A stretch of DNA of 20,169 nucleotides from a virus (IMGVR_UViG_2695420632_000003:1-20169), one strand, 5' to 3'; numbered from the stretch's first letter, positions 8,196 through 15,864 are shown. Translations and numbers: made by a program. The notes: a model not told the origin generated them from the sequence alone.

Positions 8196-8576
8196 ATGAC
8201 TGAACGCATAGAATTTGTTTTGCCTTACCCGCCAACGGTGAACACTTACTGGCGACGCCGTGGCAGCACATATTTTATCTCGGAGGAGGGAAAGCGTTAT
8301 CGCCGGGCTGTGGCGCTTATTGTTCGCCAGCAGCGGCTGAAATTAAGCCTGTCCGGAAGGCTGGCGATAAAGGTGATTGCAGAGCCACCGGATAAGCGTC
8401 GTCGCGACCTGGACAATATCCTGAAAGCACCGCTGGATGCGCTGACGCATGCGGGAGTGTTAATGGACGATGAGCAGTTTGATGAAATCAATATCGTTCG
8501 TGGTCAGCCAGTATCTGGTGGACGTATGGGGGTGAAGATTTACCCCATAATGCATGAAGAGCAGGTCAAAAAATGA
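8196..8576 (+). CDS. rusA: RusA-family Holliday junction resolvase
   Basis: Translation contains DKRRRDLDNILKAPLDALTHAGVLMDDEQ, matching the RusA catalytic region (DxRRRDLDN); typical nin-region position just upstream of Q. Confidence 0.85.
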   Translation: MTERIEFVLPYPPTVNTYWRRRGSTYFISEEGKRYRRAVALIVRQQRLKLSLSGRLAIKVIAEPPDKRRRDLDNILKAPLDALTHAGVLMDDEQFDEINIVRGQPVSGGRMGVKIYPIMHEEQVKK

Positions 8577-9394
8577 AACTGGAAGATTTACCGAAATACT
8601 ACTCCCCAAAATCCCCTGGCCTGACCGATGCATCGGCCTCAACGTCAAAAGATGCGCTGAGTATCACTGATGTGATGGCCGCGCAGGGCATGACACAGAA
8701 TCGGGCTGAGATGGGGTTTTCTGCGTTCCTGGGGAAAATGGGCATCAGTATGAATGACAGGGCGCGGGCAACAGAATTACTGGCAGATTATGCACTCAGT
8801 CGGTGCGATCGTGTGGCGGCGTTGAGAAAACTTCCGGCAGAAATAAAACCGGTAGTGATGCGCATTATGGCTTCGTATGCGTTTGAAGATTATGCCCGTA
8901 GCGCGGCGAGCAAAAAACAGTGCCCCTGCTGTCACGGAAAAAAATTTATTGAAAGCGAGGTTTTTACAAACAAGATCCAGTATCCGGATGGTAAGCCACC
9001 AGTGTGGGCAAAGTGCACAAAAGGCGTGTATCCGTCTTACTGGGAAGAATGGAAAAAAGTCAGGGAGGTGGTAAAAGTTGCCTGTCCGGAGTGTGGCGGA
9101 AAGGGTGAGGTTTCCACCGCCTGTAAGGATTGCCGTGGGCGTGGTGTCGCCATTCATCGTGAAGAGTCGGTAAAACGTGGTATGCCTGTTATCAGAGATT
9201 GCCAGCGTTGTGGTGGTCGTGGCTGTGAAAGGCTGCCATCAACGGAGGCATTTAATGCCATATGCAAAGTGACGAGTGCTATCACGCTTGATACGTGGAA
9301 AAAATCAGTGAAACGCTTTTACGATACGTTGGTGGTTCGGTTTGACATTGAAGAGGCATGGGCGGAGCGGCAGTTAAAGAGGGTAACGCGATAG
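8573..9394 (+). CDS. Late-gene antiterminator Q-like protein with four CxxCxGxG zinc-finger-like repeats
   Basis: Position between rusA and a promoter/terminator pair; start overlaps the rusA stop (ATGA); repeats CPCCHGKK, CPECGGKG, CKDCRGRG, CQRCGGRG. Functional call is mainly by synteny. Confidence 0.6.
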   Translation: MKLEDLPKYYSPKSPGLTDASASTSKDALSITDVMAAQGMTQNRAEMGFSAFLGKMGISMNDRARATELLADYALSRCDRVAALRKLPAEIKPVVMRIMASYAFEDYARSAASKKQCPCCHGKKFIESEVFTNKIQYPDGKPPVWAKCTKGVYPSYWEEWKKVREVVKVACPECGGKGEVSTACKDCRGRGVAIHREESVKRGMPVIRDCQRCGGRGCERLPSTEAFNAICKVTSAITLDTWKKSVKRFYDTLVVRFDIEEAWAERQLKRVTR

Positions 9395-9399
9395 TGTTG

Positions 9400-9427
9400 T
9401 TGATTTTTCCCGAATCTGTGGTAAATT
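9400..9427 (+). promoter_or_regulatory. Candidate late promoter PR' (-35 TTGATT, 16-bp spacer, -10 TAAATT)
   Basis: Sigma70-like hexamers read directly, 6 nt after the Q stop; predicted short transcript ends at the terminator at 9476-9498. Confidence 0.4.
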
Positions 9428-9475
9428 TGCTCTAACGATGGGCGTTTTATGCCTGACGTTAGAAGATTTTTTACA

Positions 9476-9498
9476 CCCCGCCGCCTGGCGGGTTTTTT
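9476..9498 (+). terminator. Intrinsic terminator (candidate tR')
   Basis: CCCGCC-GCCT-GGCGGG hairpin followed by TTTTTT. Confidence 0.55.
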
Positions 9499-9620
9499 AT
9501 GACTGAAATCGCGTCAGTACAGTAAACGCGCTGGTGGCGGTGAATACCTGTCTTTCAGCTTGCTGGCTTTTTCGACAAGAGTTATTGGTGTGTCACGTTA
9601 ACCGGAAAAGGGAAAAAGAC

Positions 9621-9818
9621 ATGCTAAAACAGCAGGATATGACAGAAACCGCCAGAGTGGTGTTTAATGAATTAAGCGTTAACGACCCGGCGACAGTCGG
9701 GGAGATTGCGCAGAATACTTACCTTTCACGCGAACGCTGCCAGTTAATACTGACCCAGCTGGTTATGGCGGGTCTGGCAGACTATCAGTTCGGTTGTTAC
9801 AGACGCCTTCCGCAGTGA
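9621..9818 (+). CDS. Small hypothetical protein (65 aa), possible winged-helix DNA-binding
   Basis: ATG 9621 with AAGGGA SD (ORF track frame opens at 9534); translation MLKQQDMTETARVVFNELSVNDPATVGEIAQNTYLSRERCQLILTQLVMAGLADYQFGCYRRLPQ. Confidence 0.4.
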   Translation: MLKQQDMTETARVVFNELSVNDPATVGEIAQNTYLSRERCQLILTQLVMAGLADYQFGCYRRLPQ

Positions 9819-9968
9819 AGGCTTTTTTATTTGTGGTAAATGGGCGGCTGGTGGGTGTTAGGGGCACCCACCAGCCATCTGCTCATGCGTTGGGTTCACA
9901 AGCACACCTCAGGCCCACTGCTTTGCGCAAAAGCAGAATGAGCCTATCAGAGACAGGCTTAATGATCC

Positions 9969-11018
9969 ATGCTTAATACTGTAAAAATATCCAGTTGTGA
10001 GTTAATCAACGCCGACTGCCTGGAATTTATCCGGTCGTTACCCGAAAATTCTGTTGACCTGATAGTCACGGACCCGCCGTACTTTAAAGTGAAGCCTGAG
10101 GGCTGGGATAACCAGTGGAAGGGCGACGATGATTACCTGAAGTGGCTGGACCAGTGTCTGGCGCAGTTCTGGCGGGTGCTGAAACCTGTCGGAAGTCTTT
10201 ACCTGTTCTGTGGTCATCGCCTGGCATCTGATATCGAAATCATGATGCGTGAACGCTTCAGTGTGCTGAACCATATTATCTGGGCGAAGCCGTCCGGACG
10301 CTGGAACGGATGCAACAAGGAAAGCCTGCGGGCGTATTTCCCCGCCACAGAGCGCATTCTGTTCGCGGAACATTATCAGGGGCCGTATCGTCCGAAAGAT
10401 GCCGGGTATGCGGCGAAGGGCAGTGCACTGAAACAGCATGTGATGGCCCCGCTGATTTCTTACTTTCGTGATGCGCGCGCGGCCCTGGGGATAACGGCAA
10501 AACAGATTGCAGATGCCACAGGAAAGAAAAACATGGTGTCGCACTGGTTCAGTGCCAGTCAGTGGCAGCTACCGAACGAAAGCGATTATCTGAAATTACA
10601 GTCGCTGTTTGCCCGGGTGGCAGAAGAGAAACATCAGCGCGGTGAACTGGAAAAGCCCCACCACCAGCTGGTGGATACGTATACGTCACTGAACCGGCAG
10701 TATGTGGAGCTGCAGAGTGAATATAAGCATCTGCGGCGGTATTTTGGTGTGACGGCGCAGGTGCCGTACACGGATGTGTGGACACATAAACCGGTGCAGT
10801 TCTATCCCGGGAAACATCCGTGCGAAAAACCGGCAGAAATGCTGCAGCAGATAATCAGCGCAAGCAGTCGTCCGGGAGACCAGGTTGCAGATTTTTTTAT
10901 GGGCTCAGGTTCAACGGTAAAAGCGGCACTGGCGCTCGGGCGTCGTGCGATTGGCGTTGAACTGGAGACCGGACGTTTTGAGCAGACAGTCAGGGAAGTT
11001 CAGGATTTAATCGTTTGA
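9969..11018 (+). CDS. DNA methyltransferase, beta-class amino-MTase (N6-adenine or N4-cytosine), apparently orphan
   Basis: Catalytic DPPY motif near the N-terminus (LIVTDPPYF) and SAM-binding FxGxG near the C-terminus (DFFMGSGST): motif order IV then I. No adjacent restriction endonuclease candidate. Confidence 0.8.
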   Translation: MLNTVKISSCELINADCLEFIRSLPENSVDLIVTDPPYFKVKPEGWDNQWKGDDDYLKWLDQCLAQFWRVLKPVGSLYLFCGHRLASDIEIMMRERFSVLNHIIWAKPSGRWNGCNKESLRAYFPATERILFAEHYQGPYRPKDAGYAAKGSALKQHVMAPLISYFRDARAALGITAKQIADATGKKNMVSHWFSASQWQLPNESDYLKLQSLFARVAEEKHQRGELEKPHHQLVDTYTSLNRQYVELQSEYKHLRRYFGVTAQVPYTDVWTHKPVQFYPGKHPCEKPAEMLQQIISASSRPGDQVADFFMGSGSTVKAALALGRRAIGVELETGRFEQTVREVQDLIV

Positions 11019-11067
11019 AACGGATGAGATTGCAGAATTAATTACGCACCATTATTATTCTGCTTCC

Positions 11068-11143
11068 GGCCCTTTAGCTCAGTGGTGAGAGCGAGCGACT
11101 CATAATCGCCAGGTCGCTGGTTCAAATCCAGCAAGGGCCACCA
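11068..11143 (+). tRNA. ileZ: tRNA with CAT anticodon, ileX/ileZ-like (tRNA-Ile2, lysidine type) rather than tRNA-Met
   Basis: 76 nt, cloverleaf folded by hand: acceptor GGCCCTT/AAGGGCC, anticodon loop CTCATAA, T-loop TTCAAAT, encoded CCA; close to E. coli ileX as I recall it. Confidence 0.8.
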
Positions 11144-11150
11144 TCACATA

Positions 11151-11227
11151 CCGCCATTAGCTCATCGGGATAGAGCGCCAGCCTTCGAAGCTGGCTGCGC
11201 GGGGTTCAAGTCCCCGATGGCGGTCCA
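11151..11227 (+). tRNA. argN: tRNA-Arg (anticodon TCG)
   Basis: 77 nt; acceptor CCGCCAT/ATGGCGG, D-stem GCTC/GAGC, anticodon loop CTTCGAA, T-arm CGGGG-TTCAAGT-CCCCG, encoded CCA. Confidence 0.75.
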
Positions 11228-11240
11228 TTATCTGCATCAT

Positions 11241-11317
11241 GCGTTGTTAGCTCAGCCGGACAGAGCAATTGCCTTCTAAGCAATCGGTCACTGGTTCGAA
11301 TCCAGTACAGCGCGCCA
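11241..11317 (+). tRNA. argO: tRNA-Arg (anticodon TCT, decodes AGA/AGG)
   Basis: 77 nt; acceptor GCGTTGT/ACAGCGC, anticodon loop CTTCTAA, T-arm ACTGG-TTCGAAT-CCAGT, encoded CCA. Confidence 0.8.
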
Positions 11318-11424
11318 TATTCATTCTTCCAGATTCCTTTCGGCAGAGCCTTATACTGAAATATACCTGGCTCAGGATATTGTTGAAAATATTATATGTT
11401 TGTCAAAAATAAAAGTTCTGTTAA

Positions 11425-11781
11425 GTGTTGATTGAGTGTTTGTTATACGGTCTAATGGTTTTTTCAGCATTAAATATTTATCATTCATATGGTGTGGGTA
11501 GAGTGAATATTGATGAGGCGTCGGGGTGTTTCATCCTTAGGCAGCGTATTGATATAGTCAATGCAGAACGAGCAAAGGCCTTCAGCCGTTTGACAGTTTT
11601 GTTCTGTACTCCTGATCGTCTTTCGGGAAGAGACGTTATTATTCTGAATAGTGATGCTATACAGAGGGTTTGCGATGAGTTCATGGTGGCTAATTCAGAA
11701 TTATTTGCTCTTGTTCAGGAGTACAACAGAATAGCCAGGACCTGTGGTATGGATGAACTTCGGATTACTCATCTGGGGTAG
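11425..11781 (+). CDS. Uncharacterized cargo ORF in the stx-equivalent slot (93-118 aa depending on start)
   Basis: Only long + ORF in the AT-rich segment; frame opens at GTG 11425; alternative GTG 11503 has a GGTAGAG SD-like sequence. Rich in AGA/AGG/ATA codons. No recognisable motif. Confidence 0.4.
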   Translation: MLIECLLYGLMVFSALNIYHSYGVGRVNIDEASGCFILRQRIDIVNAERAKAFSRLTVLFCTPDRLSGRDVIILNSDAIQRVCDEFMVANSELFALVQEYNRIARTCGMDELRITHLG

Positions 11782-12172
11782 ATACATATCTGGATTATCA
11801 CCGGTTACGGTAAAAAGTGATTGCTTACTGTTTTTGTGAATGGCATTGCAGCAGCCGGATAATGTCAGTGCTGGCTGACGGTGTGCTGGTGGCGGGTGTG
11901 GTGGTTGCTGCTTTCCCGTTGCTGAAAAAGAAAACGCCAGACTGTTAGCCGGGTATCAGTTAGCGGGAGAAATTTTTAAATACTTCACAATTCAGGCGGT
12001 TGACTGTTGTCTGGTTTGCGGGGAGTTTGTTAAAAGAAACTGGCATGGTGAATCCCCCTGTGCGGAGGGGCAATCAGCGAGTAGGTATATGGGATAATCG
12101 CGGATTCAGGTGCTGGTACTGAATTCACCGGGAGGCACCCGGCACCATGCAATGGCACATAGCGCCACTCTC

Positions 12173-12200
12173 CAGCCCCTCTCCGGAGGGGCTGTTTATA
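12173..12200 (+). terminator. Strong intrinsic terminator (+ strand) inside the cargo segment
   Basis: 9-bp GC-rich stem CAGCCCCTC / GAGGGGCTG with UCCG tetraloop, followed by TTTATATTGATTTT. Confidence 0.6.
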
Positions 12201-12228
12201 TTGATTTTGTCAGATGTGAGTAAACTCC

Positions 12229-12564
12229 TTATGGACTTTGTTGTTTTAGCCCATAAGGACATATTTGCAGAGTGCAACGGTTATTAAAGCATTCATTCAA
12301 TACGTTATCTGTATTTGTAGGGCATTCCTGGCTGTTTTTGATTAAATTCCAGAATGTTTTATTGAATGGTACTACGTTGTAAATGGTTACAGGCAGCACT
12401 TTGTTATTGAGCATGATGCCTGTGTGAGTCAGTGTAAATATACTTTCAGGAGGTAAGAAAGCATCCGATTGATACCAGATTATTAATTTTATTTTACTCC
12501 ATATGACTGAAAAAGATATTCCGCATGATGGCTGGATAACTGTATCAATCACAATCCACTTCAT
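12229..12564 (-). CDS. Uncharacterized Cys-rich 111-aa cargo ORF, antisense to the phage late transcript
   Basis: Long ORF in ~35% GC (stop-rich) DNA; AAGGAA SD 5 nt before ATG 12564; sigma70-like promoter on the minus strand around 12610-12650 (TTTACA ... TATACT). Confidence 0.45.
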   Translation of the reverse strand: MKWIVIDTVIQPSCGISFSVIWSKIKLIIWYQSDAFLPPESIFTLTHTGIMLNNKVLPVTIYNVVPFNKTFWNLIKNSQECPTNTDNVLNECFNNRCTLQICPYGLKQQSP

Positions 12565-12809
12565 TTAGTTTCCTTGTTTATGCCTTGCTGGTGATGTTCT
12601 GAAAAGTATAAATGATATTTTTGATTGTAAACCATAGAGCAGAATTATTTTTCTGATGTTGTTTATTGTTTATTTAAATGCAGGGTGGTTTATATCTCGT
12701 CTTGTAGTTTATCCATGCATATCTGCTTGATGATGAGGTTTTTAATTAAGGTATGGTTTTGTGTTTTTTCTGTATTACATGTCAGGTATTTTAAAGAATC
12801 ATTTTTCAG

Positions 12810-14678
12810 ATGGTGGAAAGAACCATGGCATTTAAACACTATGATGTTGTCAGGGCGGCGTCGCCGTCAGATCTTGCGGAAAAGCTGACACATAAACTGA
12901 AAGAGGGCTGGCAGCCGTTTGGTAGTCCGGTGGCCATAACCCCTTATACCCTGATGCAGGCGATTGCAGCAGAAGGTGATGTGGTCGTCAGTGGTGCAAC
13001 TGAGCCGGAGTGGTACTACGTCATCGTACTGGCCGGGCAGTCCAATGCCATGGCTTACGGTGAAGGGCTTCCGCTTCCGGATTCATACGATGCGCCCCAT
13101 CCGCGCATTAAGCAACTGGCCCGTCGTAACACAGTGACTCCCGGTGGTGAAGTATGCGTATTTAACGACATCATTCCTGCTGACCATTGTCTGCATGATG
13201 TTCAGGATATGAGTACGATTAACCATCCCCGGGCTGACCTGAGCAAAGGGCAGTACGGCTGTGTCGGCCAGGGCTTACATATTGCCAAAAAACTGCTTCC
13301 GTATATCCCTAATAATGCGGGGATCCTGCTGGTACCATGCTGTCGTGGTGGTTCGGCATTCACCCAGGGCACGGAGGGGACATTCAGCGAGTCCACGGGG
13401 GCCAGTCAGGATTCGGCTCGCTGGGGAGTGGGTAAGCCGTTATATCAGGATCTGCTTTTCCGCACGAAGGCAGCATTGCAGAAAAACCCGAAAAACGTTT
13501 TGCTGGCGATATGCTGGATGCAGGGGGAATTCGATATGACGAATGCCAGTTACGCCCAGCAGCCAGCAGCATTTCTTGCAATGGTACAGCAGTTCCGTGC
13601 TGACCTTGCCGGGCTGGCAGCGCAGTGTCACGGTGGAAGTCCGGCATCAGTCCCCTGGATTTGTGGCGACACGACATACGCGTGGAAACAAGAACACGGT
13701 ACGCAATATGAAGTGGTATATGGTGCATATAAAGGTAAAGAATCCCAGCAGATTTATTTTGTTCCCTTTATGACCGATGGTAGCGGAGTTAATACACCGA
13801 CAAACAACCCGTCAGAAGATCCTGATATTGCCGGGTCTGGTTATTACGGTTCGGCATCCCGAACGAACAAAAACTGGGTATCATCAAATCGCCCGACGCA
13901 TTTCAGCTCATGGGCGCGTCGTGGCATTATTCCCGATCGTATGGCAACTGCTATTCTGAACGTAGCCGGGCGCACCTCAGCCTTCATCAGTGGTAAGGCA
14001 CCGGAAATCAAACCCTCGCCCGGCGGCGACACGCCATCGGGTCCGTCTGCAGATACGTCCGTTCGCACAATCTCCCTGCTGCCGACAGCCGGAGAGGCTG
14101 CTGCGCAGGGCTGGACCATCACCGGCGGCAGTGTTGCGCTGGAAGATGGTGTGTTTAAGGTTACCAAGCAGAGCAATAAAACCTGGTCCCTGATGCATCC
14201 GGTGGATGACGCAGTCTCCCTGCTGACACGGGGTGGCAGACTGAGCTGTAAGTTTCGACTGTCAGGCGCACTGACCAACAACCAGTTCGGTCTGGGAATT
14301 TATCTGTATACCGATGTAGCGTTACCTGACGTCGTGGCGATGACCGGGACTGGTAACCCGTTCCTGATGTCGTTCTTCACCCAGACCACAGACGGCAAAC
14401 TGAATCTGATGCATCACAAGAAAGCCGGAAACACAAAGTTGGGCGAGTTCGGGAATTACAGTAACGACTGGCAGACGCTGGAGCTGGTGTTCACCGCCGG
14501 CAGTGCCACGGTTACTCCGAAACTGAATGGAGTGGCTGGCCCGGCATTCCAGGTTATAAAAGACAGTCTGACACTGGGACTGAATGCGCTGACGCTGACG
14601 GATATTACCAAAAATGCAGCGTATGGCGTTGAGATAGAAAGTCTGGTGCTGGAGATAAATGCACCGGCATCATCATAA
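12810..14678 (+). CDS. nanS: NanS-p-like sialate 9-O-acetylesterase (SGNH/SASA hydrolase domain, N-terminal DUF1737-like region)
   Basis: GQSN motif (VLAGQSNAMAYGEG) of SGNH esterases; size and location (downstream of the tRNA triplet, upstream of S) match the yjhS/nanS-like gene of Stx prophages. True start may be ATG 12825 (MAFKHYDV..., SD GGTGGA). Confidence 0.75.
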   Translation: MVERTMAFKHYDVVRAASPSDLAEKLTHKLKEGWQPFGSPVAITPYTLMQAIAAEGDVVVSGATEPEWYYVIVLAGQSNAMAYGEGLPLPDSYDAPHPRIKQLARRNTVTPGGEVCVFNDIIPADHCLHDVQDMSTINHPRADLSKGQYGCVGQGLHIAKKLLPYIPNNAGILLVPCCRGGSAFTQGTEGTFSESTGASQDSARWGVGKPLYQDLLFRTKAALQKNPKNVLLAICWMQGEFDMTNASYAQQPAAFLAMVQQFRADLAGLAAQCHGGSPASVPWICGDTTYAWKQEHGTQYEVVYGAYKGKESQQIYFVPFMTDGSGVNTPTNNPSEDPDIAGSGYYGSASRTNKNWVSSNRPTHFSSWARRGIIPDRMATAILNVAGRTSAFISGKAPEIKPSPGGDTPSGPSADTSVRTISLLPTAGEAAAQGWTITGGSVALEDGVFKVTKQSNKTWSLMHPVDDAVSLLTRGGRLSCKFRLSGALTNNQFGLGIYLYTDVALPDVVAMTGTGNPFLMSFFTQTTDGKLNLMHHKKAGNTKLGEFGNYSNDWQTLELVFTAGSATVTPKLNGVAGPAFQVIKDSLTLGLNALTLTDITKNAAYGVEIESLVLEINAPASS

Positions 14679-14761
14679 AAAGTGAGCCAGTCAAATGGAA
14701 GGTATCGTTAAACTCACCGGTAGTGTCAGTGGGTCGTCTGAGATGCCTGCATGAGTTATCA

Positions 14762-14793
14762 GAGCCATCAGTACTTAACTGGTGGCTTTTTTT
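14762..14793 (+). terminator. Intrinsic terminator between nanS-p and the holin gene
   Basis: 9-bp stem AGCCATCAG / CTGGTGGCT (one G-U pair), loop TACTTAA, followed by TTTTTTT. Confidence 0.5.
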
Positions 14794-14828
14794 ATTGTTG
14801 TCAGCTTCCGGATAACGGGAGACGGGGT

Positions 14829-15044
14829 ATGTACCAGATGGAAAAAATCACAACAGGTGTGTCATACACCACGTCAGCGGTGGGAACGGGCTACTGGTTC
14901 CTGCAGTTGCTGGACAGGGTTTCCCCGTCTCAGTGGGCGGCAATAGGCGTGCTGGGGAGTCTGCTGTTTGGGCTGCTGACATATCTGACTAACCTGTATT
15001 TCAAAATCAGAGAGGACCGGCGTAAGGCGGCGCGGGGAGAGTAA
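14829..15044 (+). CDS. S: Class II holin, S21-like pinholin (71 aa) with dual-start motif
   Basis: Translation [71 protein letters not shown]: two TM segments, Met1/Met4 dual start, charged C-terminus; partnered with a SAR endolysin downstream. The ORF track extension to 14751 runs through the terminator and is rejected. Confidence 0.8.
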   Translation: MYQMEKITTGVSYTTSAVGTGYWFLQLLDRVSPSQWAAIGVLGSLLFGLLTYLTNLYFKIREDRRKAARGE

Positions 15045-15048
15045 AGCG

Positions 15049-15855
15049 ATGAAGAAAAAATACGAACTGGTTGTTAAAGGGATAAATAATTACCCGGATA
15101 AGATTACTGTTACTGTGGTACTGGAAATTGGTGGGTATCCGTCACTGTTGTTGCCAAATGTGGCGATTAGTCTTGACCGTACTGAAGGTGCCACGCTGGA
15201 GTTTTACGAAGCTGAGGCGAAAAAGCAGGCGAAGCAGTTTTTCATGGATGTTGCTGCCGGGTTATGTGAAGGGAACGAACCGTTGCCGGAAAAGCGCCCC
15301 ATAATTTTAGAGGCGCAGGATGTGTTGATAACCTACAAAGGAAAGCTACCGGGAAGAATTACTGGTTCTCTGAAGATGCCGCCGTCAACACTGCGGTCAG
15401 AAAAAGAGGCGTCTTGTCTGCAGTCTGAGTACTCCATTACGGTTAAAAGTGCCGGAGAGGAAGGAAATAAACGTTATTTTATTGCGTCTGCACCTGATAA
15501 AGATCAGGAATGGGAGTGTAACCGGCCATCCTTTGTTGTATACGGAGATGGCGGGAAAATAACCATCTCAGAAAATGGGAAATTAACACCGCCATCGCAC
15601 CAGCATAGTGAGGCGCTCATTGAATTTGCCATTGATTACCTGAAGAACAATAAAAAGCAGGGGCTGATGAAGCGCATTGGTCGTTGCATGGGATATCTGC
15701 AGGTAGCAGCTGAGATTGAAATGATGGCCAGTGGTGCTGACAATGATGCAGTTGTGCTGGAGGCTCTTCTGCGTGATTTTGATAATACGCCCTTTAAGAA
15801 AGCACCTGTTGACTGGATGCAGCCGGGGATGACTTATCTGAAAGGGCGTATATAA
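15049..15855 (+). CDS. Uncharacterized 268-aa soluble protein inserted between holin and endolysin
   Basis: GGGGAGAG SD, starts 4 nt after the holin stop (late-operon co-transcription); no TM segments or recognisable catalytic motifs. Confidence 0.5.
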   Translation: MKKKYELVVKGINNYPDKITVTVVLEIGGYPSLLLPNVAISLDRTEGATLEFYEAEAKKQAKQFFMDVAAGLCEGNEPLPEKRPIILEAQDVLITYKGKLPGRITGSLKMPPSTLRSEKEASCLQSEYSITVKSAGEEGNKRYFIASAPDKDQEWECNRPSFVVYGDGGKITISENGKLTPPSHQHSEALIEFAIDYLKNNKKQGLMKRIGRCMGYLQVAAEIEMMASGADNDAVVLEALLRDFDNTPFKKAPVDWMQPGMTYLKGRI

Positions 15856-15864
15856 GGTGGCTCG

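Noticed and set aside
9534-9620. Upstream extension of the small ORF ending at 9818
   Set aside because: No RBS at 9534; ATG 9621 has an AAGGGA SD at appropriate spacing.
10038-10544. 168-aa minus-strand ORF inside the methyltransferase gene
   Set aside because: Antisense to a gene with clear DPPY/FxGxG motifs; no independent support.
11318-12809. Looked for stxA/stxB (or a decayed remnant) in the slot after the tRNA triplet
   Set aside because: No frame in this interval resembles the Stx A or B subunit sequences as I recall them (no signal-peptide-bearing ~320-aa and ~90-aa gene pair); the cargo here is different.
13384-14281. Several minus-strand and alternative-frame ORFs (13384-13728, 13844-14281, 13977-14198 and others) inside nanS-p
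   Set aside because: All nested within the 622-codon esterase frame, which carries a recognisable SGNH motif; treated as frame noise.
14751-14828. N-terminal extension of the holin ORF in the supplied track
   Set aside because: The extension would be translated through the terminator hairpin and lacks an RBS; ATG 14829 gives the canonical dual-start pinholin N-terminus.
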